From Chloroflexota bacterium (GTDB lineage: Bacteria > Chloroflexota > Limnocylindria > P2-11E), in NCBI GenBank assembly GCA_005889075.1, contig VBDQ01000030.1, positions 13,064-77,063 of the forward strand: a stretch of 64,000 nucleotides of DNA. The letters run 5' to 3'. This document shows, one piece after another, positions 1 to 8,920 of the stretch; the stretch's first letter is position 1, and each line of letters opens with the position of its first letter. Both the position numbers and the translations under genes were made by a program. The notes beneath the pieces were generated by a model. That model was given only the letters and a program-made list of their open reading frames with translations, was not told the origin of the DNA and did no database searches.

Positions 1-422
1 CGCGGGCTCCACTCACCAAGGGACAGTTCGTGCTCGCCGGCGGCATCGCCGACGAGCCCGCCGCATTCCGTACCGGACTGGCGCTGCCATCCGGAATGCG
101 GGCGATCGCGCTTCCCGTGGGTGCGGCGCAGGCTGTCGGCGGAGCGCTCATCCCCGGCGCGAGGGTGGACGTGCTCGCGGTCCCGGTCGGCGGACGCGCA
201 CCCGCGGGGCGAACGGTCGAGATCCTCGCGCAGAGCGTGCTCGTTCTCGACATCCGCTCCGAAAGCGGGATCGCGTTGGGCGCCGCGGGACACTCTGGCG
301 TGCCCGTCGTCAACGATCGCATCGGGAGCGTCGTTGTCGCGATCGACCGTGCCGACGAGATCCGCTTCGCCGACCGGATCGCGACCAGCACGTTCGTGCT
401 CGCGCTTGCCGGTCCGCGATGA
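1..422 (+). CDS. cpaB: Flp/Tad pilus assembly protein CpaB/RcpC, C-terminal part (gene runs off the 5' edge)
   Basis: The frame of ORF 30..422 stays open back to base 3. The sequence LIPGARVDVLAVP...VVVAIDRADEIRFA looks like the CpaB/RcpC C-terminal domain. Its stop overlaps the next start (ATGA at 419). It sits in Tad gene context. Confidence 0.7.
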   Translation, partial: RAPLTKGQFVLAGGIADEPAAFRTGLALPSGMRAIALPVGAAQAVGGALIPGARVDVLAVPVGGRAPAGRTVEILAQSVLVLDIRSESGIALGAAGHSGVPVVNDRIGSVVVAIDRADEIRFADRIATSTFVLALAGPR

Positions 423-979
423 CCGTTCTGCGCTGCGAACGCGTTGCCGCGGGCGATCTCGACCGCGCTGTCGCGGATCTCGGCGAACTGACGCTCGCAC
501 GCATGCCCGAGGGCGTCTTCGTAGACGTAGCGGATGATCGCGCTAACGACGCGGTCCGCAGGCTTGCGTTCGCCGGAATTTGCGCCAGACCAGCGCTCGT
601 CGCGCTTGCGCCACGGCCGGGTACGTACGCTGCGCTCGGCCGTGACCTCGGCCCGCTTCCCCTTGGCTCGCTCTCGCTCGATCTCGTGCACGTTCGGAGG
701 TTGAGCGTCGCGCGCGAGAGCGCGCGGCTCCTACGACATCCGCCGTGGCGACGCAACGTGAACGCCGACTGGCGCGCGCGCTGCCGCGATCTCCTTCGCG
801 GAACCGATGCCGCGCTGACCTGGCGACGGCGCGCGTGGTCGACCCGCGACATCCTCCGGTCCAAAGAAGCGCGCCGCTCGCTTCGGCCGGTCGTTTTCGA
901 TGTCGGCGCGGTCGGCTCGCCGCCCGAGCATCGCATGCTCGTCGCCGAGGCTGCCCTCGCCCGCTGGCTCTTCGGATGA
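419..979 (+). CDS. hypothetical protein wedged between cpaB and the tadZ-like gene
   Basis: ATGA overlaps at both ends (419-422 and 976-979). GC3 is high and the composition is balanced (D/E/L/A/V), unlike the Arg/Ser-rich antisense frames. I recognise no family. Confidence 0.4.
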   Translation: MTVLRCERVAAGDLDRAVADLGELTLARMPEGVFVDVADDRANDAVRRLAFAGICARPALVALAPRPGTYAALGRDLGPLPLGSLSLDLVHVRRLSVARESARLLRHPPWRRNVNADWRARCRDLLRGTDAALTWRRRAWSTRDILRSKEARRSLRPVVFDVGAVGSPPEHRMLVAEAALARWLFG

Positions 980-1749
980 GCCGACTCAGGGCCTTCCTCG
1001 ACGCGTCACCGGCGGCCGCCGTCGCACTCGCCCTCATGCGCGAAGCCACCGGACGCACCGAGCCGCTCGCGCCGATCCTGCCATCGCGTCCGGCCGCTCT
1101 CGCGCGCGGCCGGCGGATCGCGTTCTGGTCCTTGACGGCTGGCGCGGGTACGAGCACGACTGCGGCGCTTGTCGCGCACCGTTCGGCTGCGGGCGGGGAG
1201 CCTCCCTTGCTCGTCGATCTCGATCGGTGGTCGCCGTCGCTCGCGCTCCGCGCGGGGATCGCCGGGGCGACGGTGGCGGACGCGCTTGTCCAGCCCGGAC
1301 GCGAGCCCGACCTCGTCTCCCGCTGGTCGATCGTGCCGTTCCTACCCGGCGCGCCCGCGCTTCACGCGAGCTTCGCGGGCGAGCGCATCGTCGACCTCGT
1401 CGGGGTCTGCGCCGCTGGGCGCGCAGTGGTCCTTGATCTCGGAGCAGGCGCAGATGCGCTCGACTCCGCTGTGCTCGGATCCATCGACAGGCTCTGCCTC
1501 GTGACCGGGACGCGAGCGGGGCAGCTCCAGGCCGCGTTCTGCGCCCTGCCGCTCATCGCGAAGGCGCCATGCGCGGTCGGCCTCGTCGTGGTCGGCGCGG
1601 TCGATGTCGACGCGGCGAGCGTCGCCGAGCGGATCGGCTTCCCGCTCCTCGCGGCGATCCCCGACGATCCGTTTCTCGCGCGGGACTCGTTCGCTGCGCG
1701 CGCGCCCACGATGCGCGCGATCGACGTCCTCCTCCGCGCGCTCGCGTGA
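976..1749 (+). CDS. ParA/MinD-like pilus localisation ATPase (TadZ/CpaE-like) with a degenerate Walker A
   Basis: ATG at 976 lies inside ORF 745..1749. The sequence FWSLTAGAGTSTTAALVA...VVLDLGAG...LCLVTG has a MinD/ParA fold pattern. Its position between cpaB and the secretion ATPase fits. GTGA overlaps the next gene. Confidence 0.6.
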   Translation: MSRLRAFLDASPAAAVALALMREATGRTEPLAPILPSRPAALARGRRIAFWSLTAGAGTSTTAALVAHRSAAGGEPPLLVDLDRWSPSLALRAGIAGATVADALVQPGREPDLVSRWSIVPFLPGAPALHASFAGERIVDLVGVCAAGRAVVLDLGAGADALDSAVLGSIDRLCLVTGTRAGQLQAAFCALPLIAKAPCAVGLVVVGAVDVDAASVAERIGFPLLAAIPDDPFLARDSFAARAPTMRAIDVLLRALA

Positions 1750-2888
1750 TCGACGCTGCGCTCGTGACGCGGGTCCGCGCTGAGGTCGGCGCGGGGATCG
1801 ACCCGGCGGGGCTTCTCGCCGTCTACGCTGATCCGAGGCGTCGCTCGCTTCTGCGGGAACGAGTGCGCGCCGCCGCGCGTACAGCGCTCGTTGAGGGCGA
1901 GCTCGATGAGCTCTGTGCGGAGCTGTTCGGCTTCGGCCCGCTGCAGCATTTTCTCGACGACCCCGAGGTCACGGATGTCCTCGTGAATGGGCCCGACGAG
2001 GTCTGGGTCGAGCGGAGCGGGGCGTTGAGCAAAGTCGCCGTCGCGTTCCGTGGACAGGAGGAGGTAGCCGAGCTCGCTCATCGCATCGCCGCCGCGGTCG
2101 GGCGCGAGCTCACGCTCGACCGTCCCTTTGTCGACGCGCGCATGCGCGACGGAAGCCGCGCGAATGCGGTGATCGCCCCCGTCGGCGGTCCGAACCTGTC
2201 GATCCGCACCTTCCGTCGGCTCAGCCTCCCCCTGACCGGACCGTCGCCGTCGTGGTCGGCCGCAGGTCTGCACCCCGACGCCGCGGCGCTTCTTGAAGCG
2301 TGCGTTCAGGCCCGCGCGACGATGCTTGTGAGCGGCGCGACCGGCTCGGGGAAGAGCACTCTGGTCCGGACGCTCGCGGCCGCCATCCCTGCCGACGAGC
2401 GGCTCATCGTGATCGAGGACACCAACGAGCTCGTTCTTCCGCACCCGCACGCCGTGCACCTCGAATGCGTACCGGGCAGGGAGGGGTCCGCGATCGGCGT
2501 CGCCGACCTCGTCGCCAATGCGCTCCGCATGCGACCCGACCGGATCCTCGTGGGTGAGGTGCGAACCTCACGCGAGGCGTCAGCCCTGCTCGAGGCGCTC
2601 AGCACCGGACATGAAGGATCGCTCACGACGCTGCATGCGGGCTCGGCGCGGCGCGCCATCGATCGCCTCGAGCTTCTGCTCGCGAGGGCGGGGGAGCTGA
2701 CGGCGTCCGCGATCGCTCGACACGTGGCGCTCGCCATCGACCTGGTCGTTCACGTCGCACGAAGCAACGCGGGGCTGCGTTCGGTGCGCGAGATCGTGGC
2801 AGTCGAGGACGACGGCCTGGTCACGCTCTGGCGGGCGGGCACGGATCATGTCGGGCTGCCAACGCGTCTGCGCGAGAAGCTCCGATGA
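1746..2888 (+). CDS. cpaF: Tad/type IV secretion ATPase CpaF/TadA (VirB11-like)
   Basis: Walker A is VSGATGSGKSTL, followed by RLIVIEDTNEL, RMRPDRILVGEVR and GHEGSLTTLHA. GTG at 1746 overlaps the upstream stop. Confidence 0.9.
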   Translation: MIDAALVTRVRAEVGAGIDPAGLLAVYADPRRRSLLRERVRAAARTALVEGELDELCAELFGFGPLQHFLDDPEVTDVLVNGPDEVWVERSGALSKVAVAFRGQEEVAELAHRIAAAVGRELTLDRPFVDARMRDGSRANAVIAPVGGPNLSIRTFRRLSLPLTGPSPSWSAAGLHPDAAALLEACVQARATMLVSGATGSGKSTLVRTLAAAIPADERLIVIEDTNELVLPHPHAVHLECVPGREGSAIGVADLVANALRMRPDRILVGEVRTSREASALLEALSTGHEGSLTTLHAGSARRAIDRLELLLARAGELTASAIARHVALAIDLVVHVARSNAGLRSVREIVAVEDDGLVTLWRAGTDHVGLPTRLREKLR

Positions 2889-3730
2889 CGCTCGCTCTCG
2901 AGGGCGCGTTGGCCTGCGCCCTTGCGGTCACGAGCCTGGCGCTCGCTCCCGCTTTCCGCGCGCCAGTTCTCGCGATGCCGATCGCACACCCGGACCGCGA
3001 CGCGCTCCGCGATGCAGGCTGGACGCGATCGCTCCTGATATGGGAGGCCACACGTGCGGGCGCCACTCTGCTCGCGCTGGTGATAGCGGTCGCGCTCTCC
3101 CTCCCGCCGATACCCGCGATGGTCGCCGGCGCCATTGCGCCCTCGATGGCCGCGCGGATGCGAGCTGACCGCGCGGGGCGGCGCGCGCGGGGTGCGACGA
3201 CTCGAATGTTGCGAATGACGGAGGCAGCCTTGCGGTCGAATGCGGGTGTGCCGGAGGCCTTGCGCCGCGCGATCGGCGGAACCGAGGATCGACTCGCGGT
3301 ACGGCCGTTCGCCGCCGCGCTCCGCGCCTTCGATCTCGGCGCGCCACTTGATGACGCGCTCCGCAGAGCCGCCGGAGCTACCGCAGATCCTCGCGTGCGT
3401 GTCGCCCTCGACACGCTTGCGCTCGGTATCGCGTCGCGGCTTCCTGGCGAGCGAGCCGGAGCGCTCGTGGCCGCCGTCGCGGACCGGCTCGCGTTTCACG
3501 AGCGACTCGAGGAAGACGTGCGCGCCCGTACGAACGGCCTGCAGCTGCAGGTGATCCTGCTCGCGGGGCTCGTTCCTGCACTGACGATCTATCTCTCGTA
3601 CACCGTGCCGTCGCTCGGGTCGACTCTCGGCTCGTCGCTCGGGAAGCTCGTTCTCATCCCCGCGGCCGTCCTCCTCGAGGCCATCGGCATCCTCGCAAGC
3701 CGGCGAGCGGTGAACGGCGTGCTCCGATGA
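2885..3730 (+). CDS. tadB: Tad pilus inner-membrane platform protein TadB-like (T2SS-F domain)
   Basis: ATGA is coupled to cpaF. It has an N-terminal TM helix, a soluble helical region and C-terminal TM helices, and sits in the expected position. Confidence 0.75.
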   Translation: MTLALEGALACALAVTSLALAPAFRAPVLAMPIAHPDRDALRDAGWTRSLLIWEATRAGATLLALVIAVALSLPPIPAMVAGAIAPSMAARMRADRAGRRARGATTRMLRMTEAALRSNAGVPEALRRAIGGTEDRLAVRPFAAALRAFDLGAPLDDALRRAAGATADPRVRVALDTLALGIASRLPGERAGALVAAVADRLAFHERLEEDVRARTNGLQLQVILLAGLVPALTIYLSYTVPSLGSTLGSSLGKLVLIPAAVLLEAIGILASRRAVNGVLR

Positions 3731-4524
3731 CGCTGGCAGGGTCGTTCCTCGCCGCGTGCGCGGTGGCGGCCGTTGTGTTCGCGTTCACGCCCCGATCGGC
3801 CGTCCTCCGCAGGCTCGCGATCCTCGCCCCACGGCCGTCGCAGGCCGCGATCGCGCTCATCGCCCCGCGCGACCTCGAGCTCTCGGGCGCGGGGTGGACC
3901 GGTCCGCAGCTCCTCGCGATCAAGATCGTGTCGGCGGTCGCGTGCGCCACGGTCACGATCGCAGCGGGCCTGCTCATTCCGATCGGACCCGCGATCGTCG
4001 CCGCCGGGGCATATCTGGGTTTCGTGATCCCGACGATCCACGTCGAACGGCTGGCTGCCGCGCGGCGCGCTCAGGCGGAGCGCGCGCTCGTGACGTTCGT
4101 GGAATGGGTGGAGGCGCTCGTCGCGGCGGGACGGCCGGTCGAGACGGCGATCGTCGGCGTCGCCACACGCGGTGTCGGCTCACCGCTGATGGACGCGACC
4201 CTCGCCAGCGTCTCACGTTCGTACGCGCTCGGCGCCCCGCTCTTTGGCGCTCTGGCTCGCGAAGCACGTCGTGTCGGCCTCGACGAGCTCGCGCGTCTCG
4301 CCGCCGATCTCGAGCGTGCCCGCGACCTCGGGCAGGGCGCGGCGACGGTGCTCGCCGACGAGCGCGAGCGAACGCGCGCCGCAGAACGCGCGCGGTCTCT
4401 GGAAGCCGCCGGAAACGTGGAAGGTCAGCTGATGCTCGTGCTCGTCCTGTGCTACCTGCCGGCCTTGATGCTCCTCGTCGTCATCCCGCTATTCCTCGGG
4501 CTGCTGGAAGGACTGTTCGCCTAG
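3727..4524 (+). CDS. tadC: Tad pilus inner-membrane platform protein TadC-like (T2SS-F domain)
   Basis: ATGA is coupled to tadB. The architecture matches tadB, with C-terminal LVLVLCYLPALMLLVVIPLFLG. Confidence 0.75.
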   Translation: MTLAGSFLAACAVAAVVFAFTPRSAVLRRLAILAPRPSQAAIALIAPRDLELSGAGWTGPQLLAIKIVSAVACATVTIAAGLLIPIGPAIVAAGAYLGFVIPTIHVERLAAARRAQAERALVTFVEWVEALVAAGRPVETAIVGVATRGVGSPLMDATLASVSRSYALGAPLFGALAREARRVGLDELARLAADLERARDLGQGAATVLADERERTRAAERARSLEAAGNVEGQLMLVLVLCYLPALMLLVVIPLFLGLLEGLFA

Positions 4525-4572
4525 ACTGTTCGTGAGACCAAGCGCGCGGAGGCGCGCGTCAGGGGGGAATGA

Positions 4573-4845
4573 ATGCCGAACATCGGTGGGCCGGAGCTCT
4601 TTCTCATCCTCGCCGTCGTGCTGATCGTCTTCGGCGCCGGCAGGCTGCCGGAGGTTCTCGGCCAGCTCGGCAAGGGCGTACGCACCTTCCGCGATTCGGC
4701 GAGCGGTGAGGAAAAGCCGGCCGTGCCGGCCGCGACCGCGAGCGGCGCAGCACCGGCGGCGGGAACGACCATCTACTGCCGCAATTGCGGGCGGCCGAAC
4801 GCCAACGACGCGAAGTTCTGCTCCAACTGCGGGCAGTCGCTCTAG
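4573..4845 (+). CDS. tatA: Twin-arginine translocase TatA/E family protein with a C-terminal zinc-ribbon extension
   Basis: The N-terminus [40 protein letters not shown] is canonical TatA. The C-terminus is [19 protein letters not shown] (CxxC-N10-CxxC). A G-rich SD (GGGGGGA) lies upstream. Confidence 0.85.
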   Translation: MPNIGGPELFLILAVVLIVFGAGRLPEVLGQLGKGVRTFRDSASGEEKPAVPAATASGAAPAAGTTIYCRNCGRPNANDAKFCSNCGQSL

Positions 4846-5019
4846 CTTCACACGAAGTCCTTCACCGAGCTCGCCCGCGACTTTGTCTACGGCCGGTTCG
4901 AGCTCGAGCCAGTTGCCGCGACGATCGCGGGGGTCCATGAGCACGATCACCGCTTCGGTGACTGGACTTCGGACGGCTTCGCGGCCCGCGATCGCTTTGT
5001 CGACGAGCACCTGGTCCCG

Positions 5020-6474
5020 TTGGAAGCTCTCGTCGAGGACGATCTCTTCCCTTCGGAGCGCATCGACCGGGCACTGATCCTCGCCGAGCTTCGCGGCGAG
5101 CGCGCGCTGCGTTCCTTCGCGCGGTGGAAGCGCCAGCCCACCCTCTATTCGGATGCGATCACACGAGCGGCCGTGTACGCGTTCATGCGCGAACACGCCC
5201 CGCTCGCGGAGCGTGTCGCGACGCTCGCCGAACGACTCGGCGAGGCGCCCGCGGTGCTCTCCGCAGCCAAAGCAAACCTCGACCCCAAGCTCACCCCGCC
5301 GGAGTGGATCGACGTCGCGCTCCGCTCGATCCCCGGCGGCGCAAAGTTCCTCCGCGAGACCGCGCCGGCGATGCTCCCGAACGCGACCTCGCTCGAGCGC
5401 GCGGCCGAGCGCGCCTTCCGACCCGCCGCCGAAGCGACCGCGAACGCGCTCGAGGCGTATGCGGCATGGCTTCGCGAAGACCTCCGTCCGCGTGCGAACG
5501 GGTCGTTCGCGATCGGCCGCGACGCCGTCGACGCATGGCTGCGCGACAAGGAGCTTGTCGATCACGACGCCGCCTCGCTGCGGTCGTGGGGAGACGAATT
5601 TTTCCGCGAGACAGAGGCGAAGCTCGCGCAGCTCTCGCTCGAGATCGGTTACCAGGACTGGCGGACCGCGGTCGCCGGACTGCGCGAGGACCATCCATCC
5701 GAGGCGGACCTCGTGGCCACGTACCGGAGCGAGATGGAGCGATCGCGGCAAGCCGTCGCGACGGCACAGCTCGCGACTATCCCGTACGGCGAAGATCTCG
5801 TCGTCGAGGAGATGCCCGAATACCAGCGACCGACGTACCCCTACGCGGCGTACGTCGGCGCAGCACCGTTCGAGTCGGCGCGCAAAGGCCGATTCTGGGT
5901 GACGCTGCCGGCGCCGGATGACGACGAGCGCACGCGCCGCGAGCGGCTCGAGGGTCATCCGCGCGCGGGGATCGCCGTGATCGCCTGTCACGAGGGATAC
6001 CCCGGACACCACCTCCAGCTCACGGTGTCCGCCGACAACAGCTCGCTCGCGCGCAAGTCGCTGCGCTCGAACCTGATGGTGGAGGGATGGGGACTGTACG
6101 TCGAGGAGCTGATGACCGAGCTCGGTTACCTCGATGCGCCGGCGACGCGCCTCCTGCGACTCAAGGATCTCCTCTGGCGCGCGGCCCGGGTGATGGTCGA
6201 TGTCGGGCTTTCGACGGGCGAGATGACCTTCGACGAAGCGGTGGCGTTCATGGTCGACAAACCCAGGCTCGAGTCGCCCAACGCGATCGCCGAGGTGCGC
6301 CGCTACACCCTCAACCCGCTCCAGCCGTCGAGCTACGCGCTCGGGCGGGCTGCGATCATCGACCTACGCGATCGGGCGAAGGCCGCGGGCTGGGGGATGC
6401 GCGTGTTCCACGACCGCCTGCTCGCGGCGGGGTCGCTGCCGCCGAAGCTCCTCGCGATGGATCTTGGCATCTAA
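5020..6474 (+). CDS. DUF885 family protein (putative metallopeptidase-like)
   Basis: Contains the HEGYPGHHLQ motif and typical DUF885 sequence throughout. The first canonical start is TTG 5020, but family-like sequence and high GC3 continue upstream to base 4846, directly after the tatA TAG in the same frame. Confidence 0.8.
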   Translation: MEALVEDDLFPSERIDRALILAELRGERALRSFARWKRQPTLYSDAITRAAVYAFMREHAPLAERVATLAERLGEAPAVLSAAKANLDPKLTPPEWIDVALRSIPGGAKFLRETAPAMLPNATSLERAAERAFRPAAEATANALEAYAAWLREDLRPRANGSFAIGRDAVDAWLRDKELVDHDAASLRSWGDEFFRETEAKLAQLSLEIGYQDWRTAVAGLREDHPSEADLVATYRSEMERSRQAVATAQLATIPYGEDLVVEEMPEYQRPTYPYAAYVGAAPFESARKGRFWVTLPAPDDDERTRRERLEGHPRAGIAVIACHEGYPGHHLQLTVSADNSSLARKSLRSNLMVEGWGLYVEELMTELGYLDAPATRLLRLKDLLWRAARVMVDVGLSTGEMTFDEAVAFMVDKPRLESPNAIAEVRRYTLNPLQPSSYALGRAAIIDLRDRAKAAGWGMRVFHDRLLAAGSLPPKLLAMDLGI

Positions 6475-6478
6475 AACT

Positions 6479-6511
6479 GAAGAAGGGTCCCGACGGAGGG
6501 GACCCTTCTTC
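6479..6511. terminator. Bidirectional intrinsic terminator hairpin between convergent genes
   Basis: Perfect 13-bp stem GAAGAAGGGTCCC / GGGACCCTTCTTC with the 7-nt loop GACGGAG. It lies between the DUF885 stop (6474) and the tadG-like stop (6532). Confidence 0.7.
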
Positions 6512-6531
6512 GGAAGCGAGGACTATTTGGG

Positions 6532-7842
6532 TTATTCGGCGAGACGGGGCAGGATCGGCTGCGCGGTGGTCGTGGGGTCGTAGTTGATGGTGATGTTGCC
6601 GTTCTGAGCCGTCACGGTGTCAGCGATGAGCTGGCTACCGATGAGCGTTGCGTTGTTGCCGTTGAAGACGAACGGAGCTGTCGGGACGTAGAACGAGCCG
6701 GTTCCGGTGAACGAGCCGTTGCCTTCGATGACGACGCTGTTGTCGGGGCCGCTGCAGTTGACGTCCTGGTAGACGAGAAGGTTCCTCCAGGGGCCGGTGG
6801 TCATCGCGCTCAGCGACATCGTGCCGTTGCCGGCCAGATCGAGCTGCCCGCACGACGCCGTTGCCCCGTGTAGGTCGGACGGAAAGATCGAGTACGTGTT
6901 GAACAGGAACACTCCGGTACCGGTCACGGTGGCGTTGCCGTGCGTGTCGGCGCCGGCCCGAAGGATGTAGATCCCGGGGTTGAGCGTCAGGCTGGTGTTG
7001 CCCGACCCGCCCAGGCTGACGTTGTAGATGCCCGGGGTCTGGTTTCCAGCGCCGTCCTGGCAGGCGTTGAGCGAGTTGCAAATAGGAAGCCCGCCCGTTC
7101 GCGGTGGCGGGAATCCGCCGAATGGGTCGGGGACCTGGTTGTGGCCGGTGTTCACCGGGACGCCATCAGTCCCCCAGTACCCGGTCGCGCCGCCGTTGAC
7201 GTCGAGGGAGTACGGCGTCTGCACGGTGAAGCGGCCCGCGTTGTTCTGGTCGTTCTCGGCAGCGCTTCCGTTGGTCGAGTTGACCAGGATCCCGCCGCCG
7301 TTGAGGTGGACGTCGGCGTTGGCGTTGGCCCAGAAGGCCTGGGAGATGTTCCCGCGGTCGATTGCCATGATGGCGTATCCGCTGTTGAGGTTCTCGGCGC
7401 CGGCCACGCCTCGCGCGCGGACCGGATTGAAGGCAGCCTCGGCCGGAACGAGCGCGGTCTGGACCTTGCGAATGATGATCACCTCGACATGATCGAGGCG
7501 AGCGGCGTACGCGCCGGCTTGGGGCGGCCAGTTCACGGTCACGCACGTCGTGCCGGTATCGATCGTGGGGCACAGAGGATCGTCGCTGACGTAGCCGTTC
7601 GTCTGCGCGTCGGCGGTCGCGGCGGCGATCGCCTGTGCGCCAGAGCCACCCTGATAGAGGATCACCGCGCCGGCGAAGGCCGCCGCGTCCGCGGCCTCTT
7701 GCTCGGTGCGCTTGTTCGAATAGAGCTGTCCCGCGTCGATCGCCAGACCGACCATGAACAGCAGGGCGAGCATCAAGATGGCGAAGAGCACGACCGCCTG
7801 CCCACCTTCGCCGTCGCTCAAGAACCGACGGAGCATCTTCAT
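6532..7842 (-). CDS. TadG-like pilus-associated protein (TadE/G-like N-terminal domain)
   Basis: ATG at 7842 gives MKMLRRFLSDGEGGQAVVLFAILMLALLFMVGLAIDAG. A Gly/Asn/Thr-rich beta-rich C-terminus follows. ATGA overlaps the upstream tadE-like gene. Confidence 0.75.
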   Translation of the reverse strand: MKMLRRFLSDGEGGQAVVLFAILMLALLFMVGLAIDAGQLYSNKRTEQEAADAAAFAGAVILYQGGSGAQAIAAATADAQTNGYVSDDPLCPTIDTGTTCVTVNWPPQAGAYAARLDHVEVIIIRKVQTALVPAEAAFNPVRARGVAGAENLNSGYAIMAIDRGNISQAFWANANADVHLNGGGILVNSTNGSAAENDQNNAGRFTVQTPYSLDVNGGATGYWGTDGVPVNTGHNQVPDPFGGFPPPRTGGLPICNSLNACQDGAGNQTPGIYNVSLGGSGNTSLTLNPGIYILRAGADTHGNATVTGTGVFLFNTYSIFPSDLHGATASCGQLDLAGNGTMSLSAMTTGPWRNLLVYQDVNCSGPDNSVVIEGNGSFTGTGSFYVPTAPFVFNGNNATLIGSQLIADTVTAQNGNITINYDPTTTAQPILPRLAE

Positions 7843-8339
7843 CGCTGGATCACCAAGACAGACCCTCCTTTGAGGGTGATTTGGTACGCGCCGCCCAAGA
7901 GGTACTGCGAGGGAAGTGGAACGAACGGGGCCGATGCGTCGACGGTGACCGGGCAGCTGCGGTCGTTGCACGGCGTCGGTCCCTTGTTCGTGGGCCACGT
8001 GACCACGACGTTGACGTTCGCCACACCGATGGCCGCCTGCATCACGACGTTCTTTGCCCACTGGGTGGGGCAGACGGTCAGGCAATTTGACTCGCCGGTC
8101 GGATCGGTCGCGCCGGGCGATCCGTCGGGCAGGGGTGCGCCGGTCGATCCGTGGACGATGAGGAAACGCGTGCCTTCGCGCGCGGCGTAGGCGAGCGTGT
8201 TCTCCTCCCACACTGCACGGCCCACGTCGATGAGCCCCGTGATGATGAGCAGCATCAGCGGCAGAAGCAGCGAGAACTCGACGAGCGATTGCGCGCGCTC
8301 GCCCTCGCCGCGGCTAAAGAACGTGCGAAGCGTCTTCAT
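7839..8339 (-). CDS. TadE-like pseudopilin/pilus assembly protein
   Basis: The N-terminus MKTLRTFFSRGEGERAQSLVEFSLLLPLMLLIITGLIDVG is a TadE-family N-terminus. Confidence 0.75.
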   Translation of the reverse strand: MKTLRTFFSRGEGERAQSLVEFSLLLPLMLLIITGLIDVGRAVWEENTLAYAAREGTRFLIVHGSTGAPLPDGSPGATDPTGESNCLTVCPTQWAKNVVMQAAIGVANVNVVVTWPTNKGPTPCNDRSCPVTVDASAPFVPLPSQYLLGGAYQITLKGGSVLVIQR

Positions 8340-8816
8340 CTAGTAGAAGATCCTCATCGTCGTGCTCCGGTCGAAGTTCGCGGTGTTCGGGATGATCGGC
8401 CACGGGATGATCGTCTTGAAGGTGTATCGGACGCGCACCGTGACGAAACACGGGTCGTCGACCGTAGGCGGCGAGACCGTGCACGACGAGCCGTCGGTCG
8501 TCGCGCCAGGAGGCCAGTTGATGCTCACGAGGCACTGGTGCGCTAGGTCGCAGGACATGCCCGGAGTGCGGCCCATCTCGTCTTTGGCCCGCTGGACGGC
8601 CTGCTGCGCGTTCTTCGCCTGGTCGATCGCGAATGCCTCCGCGCCCGCGCGCGCGCCGTTCTGCACGGCGAGCTGAAGCGCATACGCGCGGGCGAGATCC
8701 GCGCCGCCGATGAGCCCGAACACGAGCACGGGCAGCAGCAACGCGAGCTCGACCATGGATTGGCCGAGATCGTCAGACAGCATGCGCAAGCGAAAAATGA
8801 GGCCCACTCGAGTCAC
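8340..8816 (-). CDS. TadE-like pseudopilin/pilus assembly protein
   Basis: Contains GQSMVELALLLPVLVFGLIGGADLARAY. The start is either GTG 8816 or ATG 8783. Confidence 0.7.
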   Translation of the reverse strand: MTRVGLIFRLRMLSDDLGQSMVELALLLPVLVFGLIGGADLARAYALQLAVQNGARAGAEAFAIDQAKNAQQAVQRAKDEMGRTPGMSCDLAHQCLVSINWPPGATTDGSSCTVSPPTVDDPCFVTVRVRYTFKTIIPWPIIPNTANFDRSTTMRIFY

Positions 8817-8920
8817 CGAGTTTAACGACGGGCGAAGGCGTCACACCCCCTGCGAACTCACCCGTTGGTACCAGCCCGATACGCTCACGGGTACTGCGCT
8901 GATTTGACTAGTGCGCTGCG

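Noticed and set aside
4542-4557. GCGCGC-GGAG-GCGCGC stem-loop between tadC and tatA
   Set aside because: It is a six-bp stem with no T tract. GC palindromes of this size are expected by chance at this GC content.
1362-6012. Long minus-strand ORFs 1362..2459 and 4489..6012, opposite cpaF, tatA and DUF885
   Set aside because: They are Arg-rich antisense shadows of clearly recognisable genes and carry no motifs. The same reasoning applies to 39117..40499, 46428..48098, 47765..49258, 61772..63400 and 28292..29587.
8817-8920. A possible Flp pilin gene in the gap upstream of the tadE-like operon
   Set aside because: No short ORF with a hydrophobic Flp-type core is present. The gap holds only a TAAACT box close to GTG 8816.
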